A stretch of DNA of 52,513 nt from IMG/VR virus record IMGVR_UViG_3300025345_000016, positions 1-52,513 of that record; one strand, written 5' to 3'. The stretch comes from a virus. Its lineage: Duplodnaviria; Caudoviricetes. Both the position numbers and the translations under genes were made by a program. Numbering within the stretch: position 1 is the first letter of the stretch; each line of letters begins with the position of its first letter. Below are positions 1 through 9,325 of this stretch, piece by piece. The notes beneath the pieces are model-generated. The model saw nothing but the letters and a program-made list of their open reading frames with translations. It made no database searches and was not told the origin of the DNA.

Positions 1-955
1 TAAAAATAGTATTTTTATTTTTTATACATTCTTTAATTAACATTATTTTATTCAATAAATCGGAAGTTTTATTAAATCTAATAAAAAGAATATTTTCTTC
101 ATTATTTTCGTTATTAATTGCAATATAAGAATCTTTTTCATATATTATTATAAATTTCTTTTTATTATAATGATGTATATTTGTAATTGATATTTTTTTA
201 GGAAAAATGAACATCTTTGATAAATCTGTTCTTTGTAATAAATTAATAAAATAATCAATCGTTTCGGGAAAATATTGTGGAATTAGTGAAAAATAAATAC
301 CATCAGTAAACATACCAATTTGAAAAATTATTTCATTTTGTATATTATTTATTTTCAATTCATAACTTAAACCAAAATTAAAATTTTCGTTATTAAATTT
401 AATAGTACCCATTTTTATATCAAAAATAAATTTAAGTAAATCAACATCCTTATTTTCCCATTTTTCATTCTGTATATATCTTAATAACGAATTTTTAACA
501 TTTTGTAATTTATTGGTAATTTTATTAAAATAAAAATTATTTTTTAGAATTTTAATTACAATATCTATTAAAGAAAATAATTCCATATCTTTATTTTCAA
601 TGGATAATAATCTTTTTCCTTTATAAATAACAAAAATCCCATTTGATTCTATATAAACATTATATCTTTCCCCTTTTCTATCAACAATTTCTAAATGAAT
701 ATAATCAGTATTATTAATATTGGGTATAATTTGAATTCCGTTTATAATTTTGGACAATACTTTTATTTTTCTTTTTAAGGGAATTGAAATGAATATTTTT
801 TCATTTTCAAGACTATAAAAGAATTCTTTTTTTCTTAAATAATAAATATATTTATATGATGAAGAGAAATTATAATTGAATATTTTAAATGGAATAAAAT
901 TTAAAGTTAAATTTAAAAATTTGATTTGAAATTTATCTTGAAGAAAAAATTGCAT
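1..955 (-). CDS. Hypothetical protein (3' truncated by window edge), paralog of 980..1921
   Basis: Not in the ORF track. ATG at 955 (MQFFLQDK...) and the frame stays open to position 1. Segments LQNVKNSLLRYIQNEKWENKDVDLL and LIPQYFPETIDYFIN match LNDIKNSLLNILNNKDWNNENVELF and ILPNYISEITEYIIN of the neighbouring gene. Confidence 0.75.
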   Translation of the reverse strand, partial: MQFFLQDKFQIKFLNLTLNFIPFKIFNYNFSSSYKYIYYLRKKEFFYSLENEKIFISIPLKRKIKVLSKIINGIQIIPNINNTDYIHLEIVDRKGERYNVYIESNGIFVIYKGKRLLSIENKDMELFSLIDIVIKILKNNFYFNKITNKLQNVKNSLLRYIQNEKWENKDVDLLKFIFDIKMGTIKFNNENFNFGLSYELKINNIQNEIIFQIGMFTDGIYFSLIPQYFPETIDYFINLLQRTDLSKMFIFPKKISITNIHHYNKKKFIIIYEKDSYIAINNENNEENILFIRFNKTSDLLNKIMLIKECIKNKNTIF

Positions 956-979
956 TTTCTTCTTTTATAATATAATAAT

Positions 980-1921
980 TTAAAATTTTTCCATTTTAAT
1001 TTTATTTCTGAATTCATTTATATTTAACAATATTTCATCTATTAATTTTAATGCGTAGTTATAAACGGAAATTTTATGTTCATCAAGCAAATTTAAAATG
1101 ACATCTTTGTTTTTAATAAGAGATTGAGTAAAGTTAATGTTACTATAAAACTCTTTTTTAGATCTGCATTTAAAATTTAACACTAATTTGGATTCATCTT
1201 TATCTTTGAAAAATAGTGTAATTTGAGGATCATTATAACGACAATCATAATGTTCTAAAATAAAATTTTTGTTATTATAAAATAATTGTTTTTCAATTCT
1301 TATATTTTGATTTATGCAAATACAATTATTATAAAAATCTTCTATGTGGTTTATAATATATTCTGTAATTTCGGAAATATAATTTGGCAAAATCATGTAA
1401 TAGTCTTTATTAATTTTAAAGAAAAAAATGTTTTTAAATAAAAATTGCCCAAATTTGTTATCAATTTTTATTTCGGTCATTAGAAGACTATTATATAATT
1501 TATTGTCAATTTTAATATTTTCTCGACATTCTTCAACACAAAATGCAAATAATTCTACATTCTCATTATTCCAATCTTTGTTATTCAAAATATTTAACAA
1601 TGAATTTTTTATATCGTTTAAATATAAAATGATTTCGTTGGTAAATAATTTTCTTTCTATAAATTTATCTATAATATTTGGTAATTGTTTATATTTTTTC
1701 TTTTCAATAATATTTTGATCATTTTTTATTCTTTCAAGTATTTCTAATTTTTTCTCTGGATTTTGATTGAGTATAAAATAAGTAGTTAATGGAAAACTAT
1801 GTATAATATAAAGAATTTTTTGATTCGTGTCGATGATATATTCAATTTCTACACTAAAATCTTGATCTAATATTTTTAATTTTTCGTTTGAAAAGATTAT
1901 TCTAAACAATTTTAATTTCAT
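980..1921 (-). CDS. Hypothetical protein, 313 aa
   Basis: Long ORF in AT-rich DNA with a paralogous neighbour. Confidence 0.8.
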   Translation of the reverse strand: MKLKLFRIIFSNEKLKILDQDFSVEIEYIIDTNQKILYIIHSFPLTTYFILNQNPEKKLEILERIKNDQNIIEKKKYKQLPNIIDKFIERKLFTNEIILYLNDIKNSLLNILNNKDWNNENVELFAFCVEECRENIKIDNKLYNSLLMTEIKIDNKFGQFLFKNIFFFKINKDYYMILPNYISEITEYIINHIEDFYNNCICINQNIRIEKQLFYNNKNFILEHYDCRYNDPQITLFFKDKDESKLVLNFKCRSKKEFYSNINFTQSLIKNKDVILNLLDEHKISVYNYALKLIDEILLNINEFRNKIKMEKF

Positions 1922-1988
1922 TTTCTTTTTTTAAATTTTTAATGTAAAATACTGAAATTTAAAAAAATGAATAAAATTTAAAAACAAC

Positions 1989-2044
1989 TCCCCCATCACT
2001 TCCCGTTATAATTTTATAAAATTATAACGGGAAGTGATGGGGGA
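1989..2044. repeat. Perfect 56-bp palindrome with no loop
   Basis: TCCCCCATCACTTCCCGTTATAATTTTA|TAAAATTATAACGGGAAGTGATGGGGGA, checked base by base, centre at 2016/2017. Confidence 0.97.
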
Positions 2045-2078
2045 TAAAATATAAAAAAAATTAAAGATTTTTTTAAAT

Positions 2079-2103
2079 CGGTCCCCCCGTAATGGGGGGA
2101 TCG
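2079..2103 (-). terminator. GC-rich hairpin just after the stop of 2107..2550, possible terminator
   Basis: CGGTCCCCCC-GTAAT-GGGGGGATCG (one mismatch/wobble); weak U-tail. Confidence 0.5.
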
Positions 2104-2106
2104 AGA

Positions 2107-2550
2107 TCAGGAAGAAAGAATCTTCCTGATCTCGTCGAAAATTTCCTTGACTTTTTTTCTAACGCCGGTGGCGACTATCGCCACCTTGTATTCTGACGAA
2201 ATGTAATCTAGAACCGTTATAAATTTCAAATCAGGAGTAAATATCAGGTACTTATCATATATTTCACAAATGATGCTACCCTTCCTGAAAACCCGTAAAC
2301 TATTGGGAATCTCGAGTTTATATTTTTCTAGAATATTCCTTATTTCGTTTAGTTTTTCCTCGTCTTTAGTCAATTTTCCAAAATAATGTTTAAATATATC
2401 ATTTTTAGAGTTGCCATAGGAAAAACCAGAATTGCCATAGGAAAAACCAGAATTGCCATAGGAAAAACCAGAATTGCCAGCAAAATCAAAATTTTGCCCC
2501 CTTTCGCCTTCGGGGGGGAGGGCATCCCCCCAATTTTTTACTCTCTTCAT
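2107..2550 (-). CDS. Hypothetical protein with GNSGFSY repeats
   Basis: 147-aa ORF with higher GC than its neighbours; the N-terminal part overlaps a 21-bp tandem repeat and a hairpin. Confidence 0.55.
   Translation of the reverse strand: MKRVKNWGDALPPEGERGQNFDFAGNSGFSYGNSGFSYGNSGFSYGNSKNDIFKHYFGKLTKDEEKLNEIRNILEKYKLEIPNSLRVFRKGSIICEIYDKYLIFTPDLKFITVLDYISSEYKVAIVATGVRKKVKEIFDEIRKILSS
2411..2479. repeat. 21-bp tandem direct repeat, 3.3 copies
   Basis: TTGCCATAGGAAAAACCAGAA x3 followed by TTGCCA. Confidence 0.95.
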
Positions 2551-2662
2551 GGCACTATTATTATAGAAACTATTGAGAATCTAAATATAAGACTCTACAT
2601 AAATTTTAAAAAATAAAAAATATATTTTTAAATATTAGATCCTTATTATAAGATACTAATTG

Positions 2663-2857
2663 TTACTTATGTCTATTCTCCATTAAGACCCTTAAATACA
2701 TTTTGAATCTTTCTTTGAGATCCTCATTATAAAAGAGATACTTATTGATTTCTTGAATGGTTTTTAGATTCTTAACTTCATATATACGGTCTTCCATATT
2801 AAGAATCTTTAATAAGGCAATTAGTTTTCTTTTATATGCAATATCACTCTTTCTCAT
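2663..2857 (-). CDS. Small hypothetical protein (64 aa, MRKSDIAYK...)
   Basis: The internal ATG at 2857 overlaps the end of the upstream gene and is more plausible than the longer called start. Confidence 0.6.
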   Translation of the reverse strand: MRKSDIAYKRKLIALLKILNMEDRIYEVKNLKTIQEINKYLFYNEDLKERFKMYLRVLMENRHK

Positions 2858-3557
2858 ATTCAGAAATGTCTTTATATAAGACCCAAACAACAAGATTGTT
2901 AAAAAATAGAACCTTGAACAATCCCTTATCAACAACCGAATATTTACCATCTTCGTTTATATCCAAATCAACACCAATATTACCAAGATCCTTAATATCT
3001 ATTATAGAAGATGTATAAGGAATTGCGAATATATCACCAGGATAAATAGGAATTACTATTAAAGGAATTAAAAGTTTAGTTTCATTAACAGGAAATCCTC
3101 TATATCCTGTTATTTGATTTCCAACGATGATTCCTAATATTTCTTTTTTAATATCAACTTCAAAGAAACGATTTTTATCAAAACGACAAATACCATTTTT
3201 ACAAATAATATTATAAAAACCATATTTGTCATTCTTTTTAAAAATCGGAGTGCATATATAATAATCTTTATCCTTATCAATTCTAAGAGAAACCAATCTT
3301 CCTATGTGAAACTGATTAGTATTAAAACGAACAACATCTCTAAAAAAATAAGAAGGTATAGAAAAACGATGATATATATTTTTATAGAAACCGTAATAAT
3401 TATTATACGCTGCATTAATAAATCCTTCAATAGACGGTTCTATAAAATTAGTTAGTTTTTTATGCAATAAATCTTCTTCTAAAACATTAGATATCTTATT
3501 TGATATTTGATTTTCAACTTGTTTTTTTATATCAGTAAATTTAAATATCATAGTCAT
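2844..3557 (-). CDS. Hypothetical protein downstream of the portal
   Basis: 237 aa; ATGA overlap with the portal stop. Confidence 0.8.
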   Translation of the reverse strand: MTMIFKFTDIKKQVENQISNKISNVLEEDLLHKKLTNFIEPSIEGFINAAYNNYYGFYKNIYHRFSIPSYFFRDVVRFNTNQFHIGRLVSLRIDKDKDYYICTPIFKKNDKYGFYNIICKNGICRFDKNRFFEVDIKKEILGIIVGNQITGYRGFPVNETKLLIPLIVIPIYPGDIFAIPYTSSIIDIKDLGNIGVDLDINEDGKYSVVDKGLFKVLFFNNLVVWVLYKDISEYEKE

Positions 3558-5389
3558 TTACTAATATCGTCTCTTCTAGATATGCTTTTTACGGGCATCT
3601 CTTTATTTTCTTTATCTTTCCCTTTTTTATCTTGTTTTAGTTGTTGCAATTTTTGTTCTATAACTTCAAGTAGTTTATGTGCCGTATCTTCTCCGTATTG
3701 TTGTGCAACACTTTCCAGTATCGTTACGATTTTCTTTTGATTTCCTTGTGTTTGTTCTATTATTTCATCCGCAATTTTATCATAATCAATATTTCCTTCT
3801 TCATCCGTATTTTCAGAAAATAAATCTTGTAAGTAATTAACATATTTCATTTCAAGAATTTTTCTTCTAAATTCGGAAAGAATATTATATTTTTCGTCTA
3901 ACTCTTGTTCGTAAGATATTTGTTGATAAATATCTTTAAGTTCCATGCCGTAATAAGTTTTTAATAGAAGTTCTTTTGGAAACTTATCTTGAAGTATTTG
4001 GAACAATAATTGAAATTCAGATAAAGAATCAATTCTTCTTGGTGGTATAAGAGATAATGTGAACTTTGGGAAATTATAAATTTTAGATAATATTTCGGAA
4101 AATCTTTGTAAGAATTCATTTAATTGAATGGTGATATTTAAAAGGGAATTTTCAAGTAATCTAATAGAAATAACATTAGATGCCCAAGTTCCTTCCATAA
4201 CAAGTTCTTTGGGTAAATCTGTTATTCCTATAAGATTAGTATATATCATTTCCATTAATTGCGTTAATATTGATATGTTTTGAACATTTCCTCCAATTTC
4301 CAATTTTTCATACGGTGTATCTGATATGAATAATTTTAACGGTTCCCTATCAATTTCTTTTAAAACTTTTCTTAAATTTTCAGATTTTTTAGATATATTA
4401 TGAACAGGAGTAACACCTAATTGTCCCTGCGGAGGAGAAAACAATAAACGATATGGTATGATTTCTTGTGAGTAATTTACTAATAAACGATATATTTCTA
4501 AAAGTATTAATGCACCTCTGTATCCCCTCGCAATTAACGGGAAAAATGGCAAATCAATTCCGGTGGGAAGATTATATTTTAAAGTAAATGTTGTTTTACT
4601 ATCTAAATAAAATTGAATTTCTTTTTTGTCTTCAATCAAAGACCATTTTAAGAGATTGTATTCAATTTTATTCAAAACATCAATACCAAAATTATTAATA
4701 ATTTCTTTAATTTTTTGTTTTATTAATTCACGATTTAATTTGATTAAAGAAGTTTTGGTAAAGGGTTCATATAAAATTTCTATATCTTTTACTGACCATA
4801 ATCTCAAATTAATATCTTTAAGTATTTTGTCTTTAACATTTGAGTAATAAACATAATCATCCGAATAAGTATCCAAATATATCATTTTATCATTTCTACA
4901 ATTTGGACACCTTATCTTTAAATATATCAATTTCTTCTCATTATCAACTTCAATCAAATCTTTTAGTAAAACATTAGGGGGAATTAAATCACTTTCAAAA
5001 ATAAAATTACATTTTAAACATTTTAATATTTTCTTTCCAAGAAATTCAATATTTAATATTCCAATACCATAAGTATAATAATCAACAAGTAAGTTAATCA
5101 AGGTATTTCTTAAATAATATTTTTTGTTTATTAGTTCATCAATTTTATTTTTTATATTTTCTGATAAATCCAGATTTTCTTTTACTTTTTCGTCATCAAT
5201 AATAATGTTAAAATCAACAATAGGATATCTTGAGGCACGATATATCGCCATAGATATTACAGGATCCGTTAAAACCAATTGTTCCGATATTTCAATTAAA
5301 AGATATAAAACTTTTGGATCGTTGAGATTTAATATATCACCAGGACCAAGAATTTCATATAACTTTTTAGAAAGATTTTGTGTATTCAT
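3554..5389 (-). CDS. Portal protein with Zn-ribbon insertion
   Basis: 611 aa; DPVISMAIYRASRYP, LLVDYYTYGIG and GITDLPKELV segments resemble large-phage portals; CLKC...CPNC insert. Confidence 0.7.
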   Translation of the reverse strand: MNTQNLSKKLYEILGPGDILNLNDPKVLYLLIEISEQLVLTDPVISMAIYRASRYPIVDFNIIIDDEKVKENLDLSENIKNKIDELINKKYYLRNTLINLLVDYYTYGIGILNIEFLGKKILKCLKCNFIFESDLIPPNVLLKDLIEVDNEKKLIYLKIRCPNCRNDKMIYLDTYSDDYVYYSNVKDKILKDINLRLWSVKDIEILYEPFTKTSLIKLNRELIKQKIKEIINNFGIDVLNKIEYNLLKWSLIEDKKEIQFYLDSKTTFTLKYNLPTGIDLPFFPLIARGYRGALILLEIYRLLVNYSQEIIPYRLLFSPPQGQLGVTPVHNISKKSENLRKVLKEIDREPLKLFISDTPYEKLEIGGNVQNISILTQLMEMIYTNLIGITDLPKELVMEGTWASNVISIRLLENSLLNITIQLNEFLQRFSEILSKIYNFPKFTLSLIPPRRIDSLSEFQLLFQILQDKFPKELLLKTYYGMELKDIYQQISYEQELDEKYNILSEFRRKILEMKYVNYLQDLFSENTDEEGNIDYDKIADEIIEQTQGNQKKIVTILESVAQQYGEDTAHKLLEVIEQKLQQLKQDKKGKDKENKEMPVKSISRRDDISK

Positions 5390-6477
5390 ATCACATGCAC
5401 TCCATTTTGAGATATATATTTTGAAATTTCTAATATTAAATCGTAAACAGATAAATCGGTATTACAAACAATTAAAGAATATTTATCCTCCGGAACACTA
5501 TTTATTATTTCATTTATTTTTTCTTCTATTAATTTGTTTATGGAAGTATTACCTGTAAAATATAATATAACACAGTAGGATAAATAAGGATGTTTTAAAA
5601 TATTTTTATTGAAATAAAATATTTCACTATTTGAAACTTCAAAATCAGAACAATAGAAAAGATATTTCGTTAATTGCGGTTTTTTCTCGAGGTATCTTTT
5701 ATAAAAATCAACCCAAGGCGTAAATAATGTTCCACCGCCTTCTGTTTGTCTAAAATAATCCCTTATTTCTTTTCTTTGATTTATAAGTTCTCTAACATTC
5801 ATATTTTTAGTTAATTTGTGAATAGAAAAATCATATACTTGCGTTGAATGAAGAAGTAACTGAACATAAGAAACATCAAAATTTTTTACAAGATAATTCA
5901 TTAAAAGTATTAAAAGAGACTTACTTACAAATCTTTCTTGCGGAGAAACACTTCCGGATATGTCTATATTGTATGTTATTAATGGAACAAATGTATATTC
6001 AATTTGTGTTGAAAAAATATTGTAAATAATATCATCTTCATAGAATGGAGGTTCAAAAAGTTCATCTAAGATGTTTTCATTCAATTCTTTTCCCATCATA
6101 ATAAGTGTCTTAAGTCTATTATTTAATGTTGTTTCAATATCAATTTGTGATTCCCTTCCTTTTTTATCTTTACCATATTTTTTAGTATTAATATTTACAA
6201 ATTTCTTTTCTTTTATGGGAAGTTGAATATAATCACCAAATATTTCAATAAATTCATCAACATCCATTATTTTTAGATCTTCATCATCTTGTCCTTGTCC
6301 TCTACCATTTCCTTCACCCGGAATATAAATATCAATATAAGTATATGGTATATGTGGTAATAATTTATTCTCTGTTGACTTTACTTGTTTAATAACTCTT
6401 TCTATATTTAAATCGGGATAATTTTCTAATAATCTTCTTATGAATTTTAATCTTGATTTGCGTGCGTTTAATTTCAT
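5386..6477 (-). CDS. yeaH: YeaH/YhbH-family vWA-domain protein
   Basis: Gly-rich GEGNGRGQG, DEFIEIFGDYIQLP, PFYEDDIIY, MIDAS DISGS, EGGGT, SD; lies directly after a prkA-like gene as in yeaG-yeaH. Confidence 0.8.
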   Translation of the reverse strand: MKLNARKSRLKFIRRLLENYPDLNIERVIKQVKSTENKLLPHIPYTYIDIYIPGEGNGRGQGQDDEDLKIMDVDEFIEIFGDYIQLPIKEKKFVNINTKKYGKDKKGRESQIDIETTLNNRLKTLIMMGKELNENILDELFEPPFYEDDIIYNIFSTQIEYTFVPLITYNIDISGSVSPQERFVSKSLLILLMNYLVKNFDVSYVQLLLHSTQVYDFSIHKLTKNMNVRELINQRKEIRDYFRQTEGGGTLFTPWVDFYKRYLEKKPQLTKYLFYCSDFEVSNSEIFYFNKNILKHPYLSYCVILYFTGNTSINKLIEEKINEIINSVPEDKYSLIVCNTDLSVYDLILEISKYISQNGVHVI

Positions 6478-8333
6478 GAGAATTTAATAATATTATCATT
6501 CATGTATTTTAGAACGACTTTTGCCGTCTTTTCGGAAAATCCTATTTTTTTCATATTATCGATAATCATGCGAATAATATTTTTACTTTCGTCTGAAATT
6601 GGAATATCAAAATTAAGGGAAGGTGCAAATAATTTGATTTTCTCTTTAAACATATATTCTTTAAGTGCGTTATAAAATTCAGGAAGATGTTTTTTTAACG
6701 ATAGTGTTTGATTTTGTAAAAGAAGTGAAGAAGTTAAACTTAATAAACGGAAATAAACATTTTTTCTATGTTCATAATCAGAAACGATTTTTAGATGTTT
6801 ATCAATAGAAGATAAGAATGTTTCATCAATATCAATTTTCTTTCCGGTTACCGGATCTTTTAATTCCGTTTTATTGACATAAGCACCAAGATGATCGTAA
6901 TATTTTCTAAATAATAAATCAATTTCTTTATCGATTTCATCGTATCCTAATAATGCATCAATTACGGTTTTAGTTATTTCGTTTTCCAAAAATTTTTCAG
7001 TCATAGAATAACATTCATTATATTCAACATTTTTATTTTGATTAAACTTTATAAAATTATCATATATTTTCTTTAAAACATCAATACAAGAAACTTCATC
7101 AAAAGAAGATAATTCGGATAAAATATTCGCAATTGTTCTTGGTGAAATTCCACTCATACCAACTTTAAAATCCTCGTAATATTCTTTTTTAATACTTTCT
7201 ATATCTGCGGAATCAGAATTATTATTTATATTTTCATTTTCTTCATCAAATATTTGTATGATTTTTTCTAGGTCTTCTTTTTTGTAAGATTTGATTATTC
7301 TTGTTAAAATAGAAAAATATGCCGACACTTTATAAACTAGAGGATCCATATGGTTAATTTCTTTTACTAATTTTTTAATGATTTTTATTTCACTAGTATA
7401 AGATAAATTGTATGGTATTTTTATAACAAATAAACGATCTCTGAATGCTTCGGTATCACTTCTTTGAATAAAGTTTTGATATTCGGGAATATTAGTATGA
7501 GAAATTAAAAATGTATCAATATTATATGCACCAAAATTTTTTAAAACTATCATTTTATCTTGCGAGGCGGTTAAAAGTATGTTTAAATGTTCAGTTTTGG
7601 ATTTCATTATTTCTACAAATTCTACTATTCCTCTGTTTCCACTTTGTAATGCACCAGTATAATTCCATACTCTCGGATCACTATCATTTTTATAAATACT
7701 TAATTTTGCGATAGAAAAGTTTCCTATTAAAACAGAATCATCAGTAGAATTGGGATCTCCCGGTGCATAAGTGGAAATTCCTATATTGCCTAAACGGGAA
7801 AATTGAATAGGAACAAGTTCAATTTCTTCCCATGGATTTTCTCTTAAAGTTTTTTGGCATACAGGACATGGTAAATAAAACGATTCTAAATAATTTACGC
7901 CATATTTATATTTTAATTCTTCTTTAAGATTTCTTGGAAGTAAAAATAATGGATTACAACGATTAGGACAATCTTTTGGTGCATATATTTCATGATTTTT
8001 GGTATATTCTTCAAGTAAAACTTTTAAAATTGATACGATACTTGATTTTGAAGAACCTGGAGGTCCTATTAAAATTAATATCCTTTTAAAAGTATCTTGT
8101 CCATTTGCCGCAGAATATATAAATCTAACAATTCTATCTAAAAAATAATCCAATCCAAAAATCTCATTTTTAAATGCATTATAAATCTTTATTCCATTTT
8201 TCTCTTTATATCCTTTTTCAATTATAGAAAGATAAACCAAACCATGTGCATTATATTGATAAATAATGTTTCTGTTTTCTTTTTCTATTTCGGATATAAA
8301 GTTGTTATAAAAGTTTATAAGACGCATACCCAC
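6474..8333 (-). CDS. prkA: PrkA/YeaG-family AAA+ ATPase (serine protein kinase annotation)
   Basis: Walker A GPPGSSKS, CPNRCNPL..CPVC, GALQSGNRGIVEFVEIMK, ISHTN, EAFRDR, GISPR. Confidence 0.92.
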   Translation of the reverse strand: MGMRLINFYNNFISEIEKENRNIIYQYNAHGLVYLSIIEKGYKEKNGIKIYNAFKNEIFGLDYFLDRIVRFIYSAANGQDTFKRILILIGPPGSSKSSIVSILKVLLEEYTKNHEIYAPKDCPNRCNPLFLLPRNLKEELKYKYGVNYLESFYLPCPVCQKTLRENPWEEIELVPIQFSRLGNIGISTYAPGDPNSTDDSVLIGNFSIAKLSIYKNDSDPRVWNYTGALQSGNRGIVEFVEIMKSKTEHLNILLTASQDKMIVLKNFGAYNIDTFLISHTNIPEYQNFIQRSDTEAFRDRLFVIKIPYNLSYTSEIKIIKKLVKEINHMDPLVYKVSAYFSILTRIIKSYKKEDLEKIIQIFDEENENINNNSDSADIESIKKEYYEDFKVGMSGISPRTIANILSELSSFDEVSCIDVLKKIYDNFIKFNQNKNVEYNECYSMTEKFLENEITKTVIDALLGYDEIDKEIDLLFRKYYDHLGAYVNKTELKDPVTGKKIDIDETFLSSIDKHLKIVSDYEHRKNVYFRLLSLTSSLLLQNQTLSLKKHLPEFYNALKEYMFKEKIKLFAPSLNFDIPISDESKNIIRMIIDNMKKIGFSEKTAKVVLKYMNDNIIKFS

Positions 8334-8337
8334 AATT

Positions 8338-8820
8338 TTAATCCCAAAAGATAATATAAATATCGGGAAATATTAATTGATGGTTTACAGATATATCAAG
8401 TATCATTTTTAATGAAAGAAAATTACTCAAATTTTCGTATAAAATCAAACCAGAAAAAGGAATATTTTGTTTATTTATGTCTAAATTATTGTTTATGAAA
8501 ATTTGTTTTAATACTACATCTTGATTTTGAGAAATTATGAAAATTTTTTGAATTTTTAGTAATGATGGATTAGTATATTCAATTTGAACTTCATTAAGAG
8601 TATTGGAATAAAAAAGGATATTATCGTTTATTTGGATAGGGGGATTAATAATTACATCTTTAAATTCAACTTTTTTAACAAGAAATGTTTCAAAATTAGT
8701 AAATATTTGAAGTGTTTTTAGTATAACATTTTTTGTTTTTAAATTTAAAAATGGATACTTATCTAAAAGTAATCTTTCACTTTGAAATATATCATTTATT
8801 AATTTAAATATGGAACGCAT
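8338..8820 (-). CDS. Hypothetical protein, paralog of 8804..9325
   Basis: Shares the N-terminus DIFQSERLLLDKYPxLNLKTK and the C-terminal FP[DE]IYI. Confidence 0.8.
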   Translation of the reverse strand: MRSIFKLINDIFQSERLLLDKYPFLNLKTKNVILKTLQIFTNFETFLVKKVEFKDVIINPPIQINDNILFYSNTLNEVQIEYTNPSLLKIQKIFIISQNQDVVLKQIFINNNLDINKQNIPFSGLILYENLSNFLSLKMILDISVNHQLIFPDIYIIFWD

Positions 8821-9325
8821 GGATATATATTTCCGGAAATTTCATTTGTAAATAATTGGGAGTGTTTTCTATAAGATTTTCGAAAATTATGGAAATGTTA
8901 TATATATTGTCTTGCGGAAATTTAAGATAAAGAAAATTTTTAAATATATCGTTATAAATATAATAGGAATGATTAACAACGATTTTTATTATCGTTGATG
9001 GATCAGAAATATCATTTTCAAAAATTCTTAAAAAAAGATATTTCGGATTTTGAGAAACAATGTTATTAATCAAAATAGTAAGATTAAGGGGATTTCCATT
9101 TGTTTGGAAAATCATTTTACTGTCGGAATCTAAAAAAGTATATAATGGTTGAATAATACAATCTTCAATTTTTATTTTTTGAAAAATACTATCCATATTG
9201 TTAATTATTTCATCAAGAAGTTTATCTAATTCTTTTTTTGTTTTGAGATTTAATACAGGATATTTATCTAATAATAATCTTTCACTTTGGAAAATATCTT
9301 TTATTAAAAGAAAAATATTTTTCAT
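8804..9325 (-). CDS. Hypothetical protein, paralog of 8338..8820
   Basis: Same shared motifs; TAATG coupling to the sheath gene. Confidence 0.8.
   Translation of the reverse strand: MKNIFLLIKDIFQSERLLLDKYPVLNLKTKKELDKLLDEIINNMDSIFQKIKIEDCIIQPLYTFLDSDSKMIFQTNGNPLNLTILINNIVSQNPKYLFLRIFENDISDPSTIIKIVVNHSYYIYNDIFKNFLYLKFPQDNIYNISIIFENLIENTPNYLQMKFPEIYIHAFHI

Noticed and set aside
2411-2479. Possible CRISPR mini-array
   Set aside because: The repeats are contiguous with no spacers.
2844-3557. SpoVR as third member of the prkA-yeaH module
   Set aside because: Too short, and no SpoVR motifs (e.g. NEGWA) were seen.
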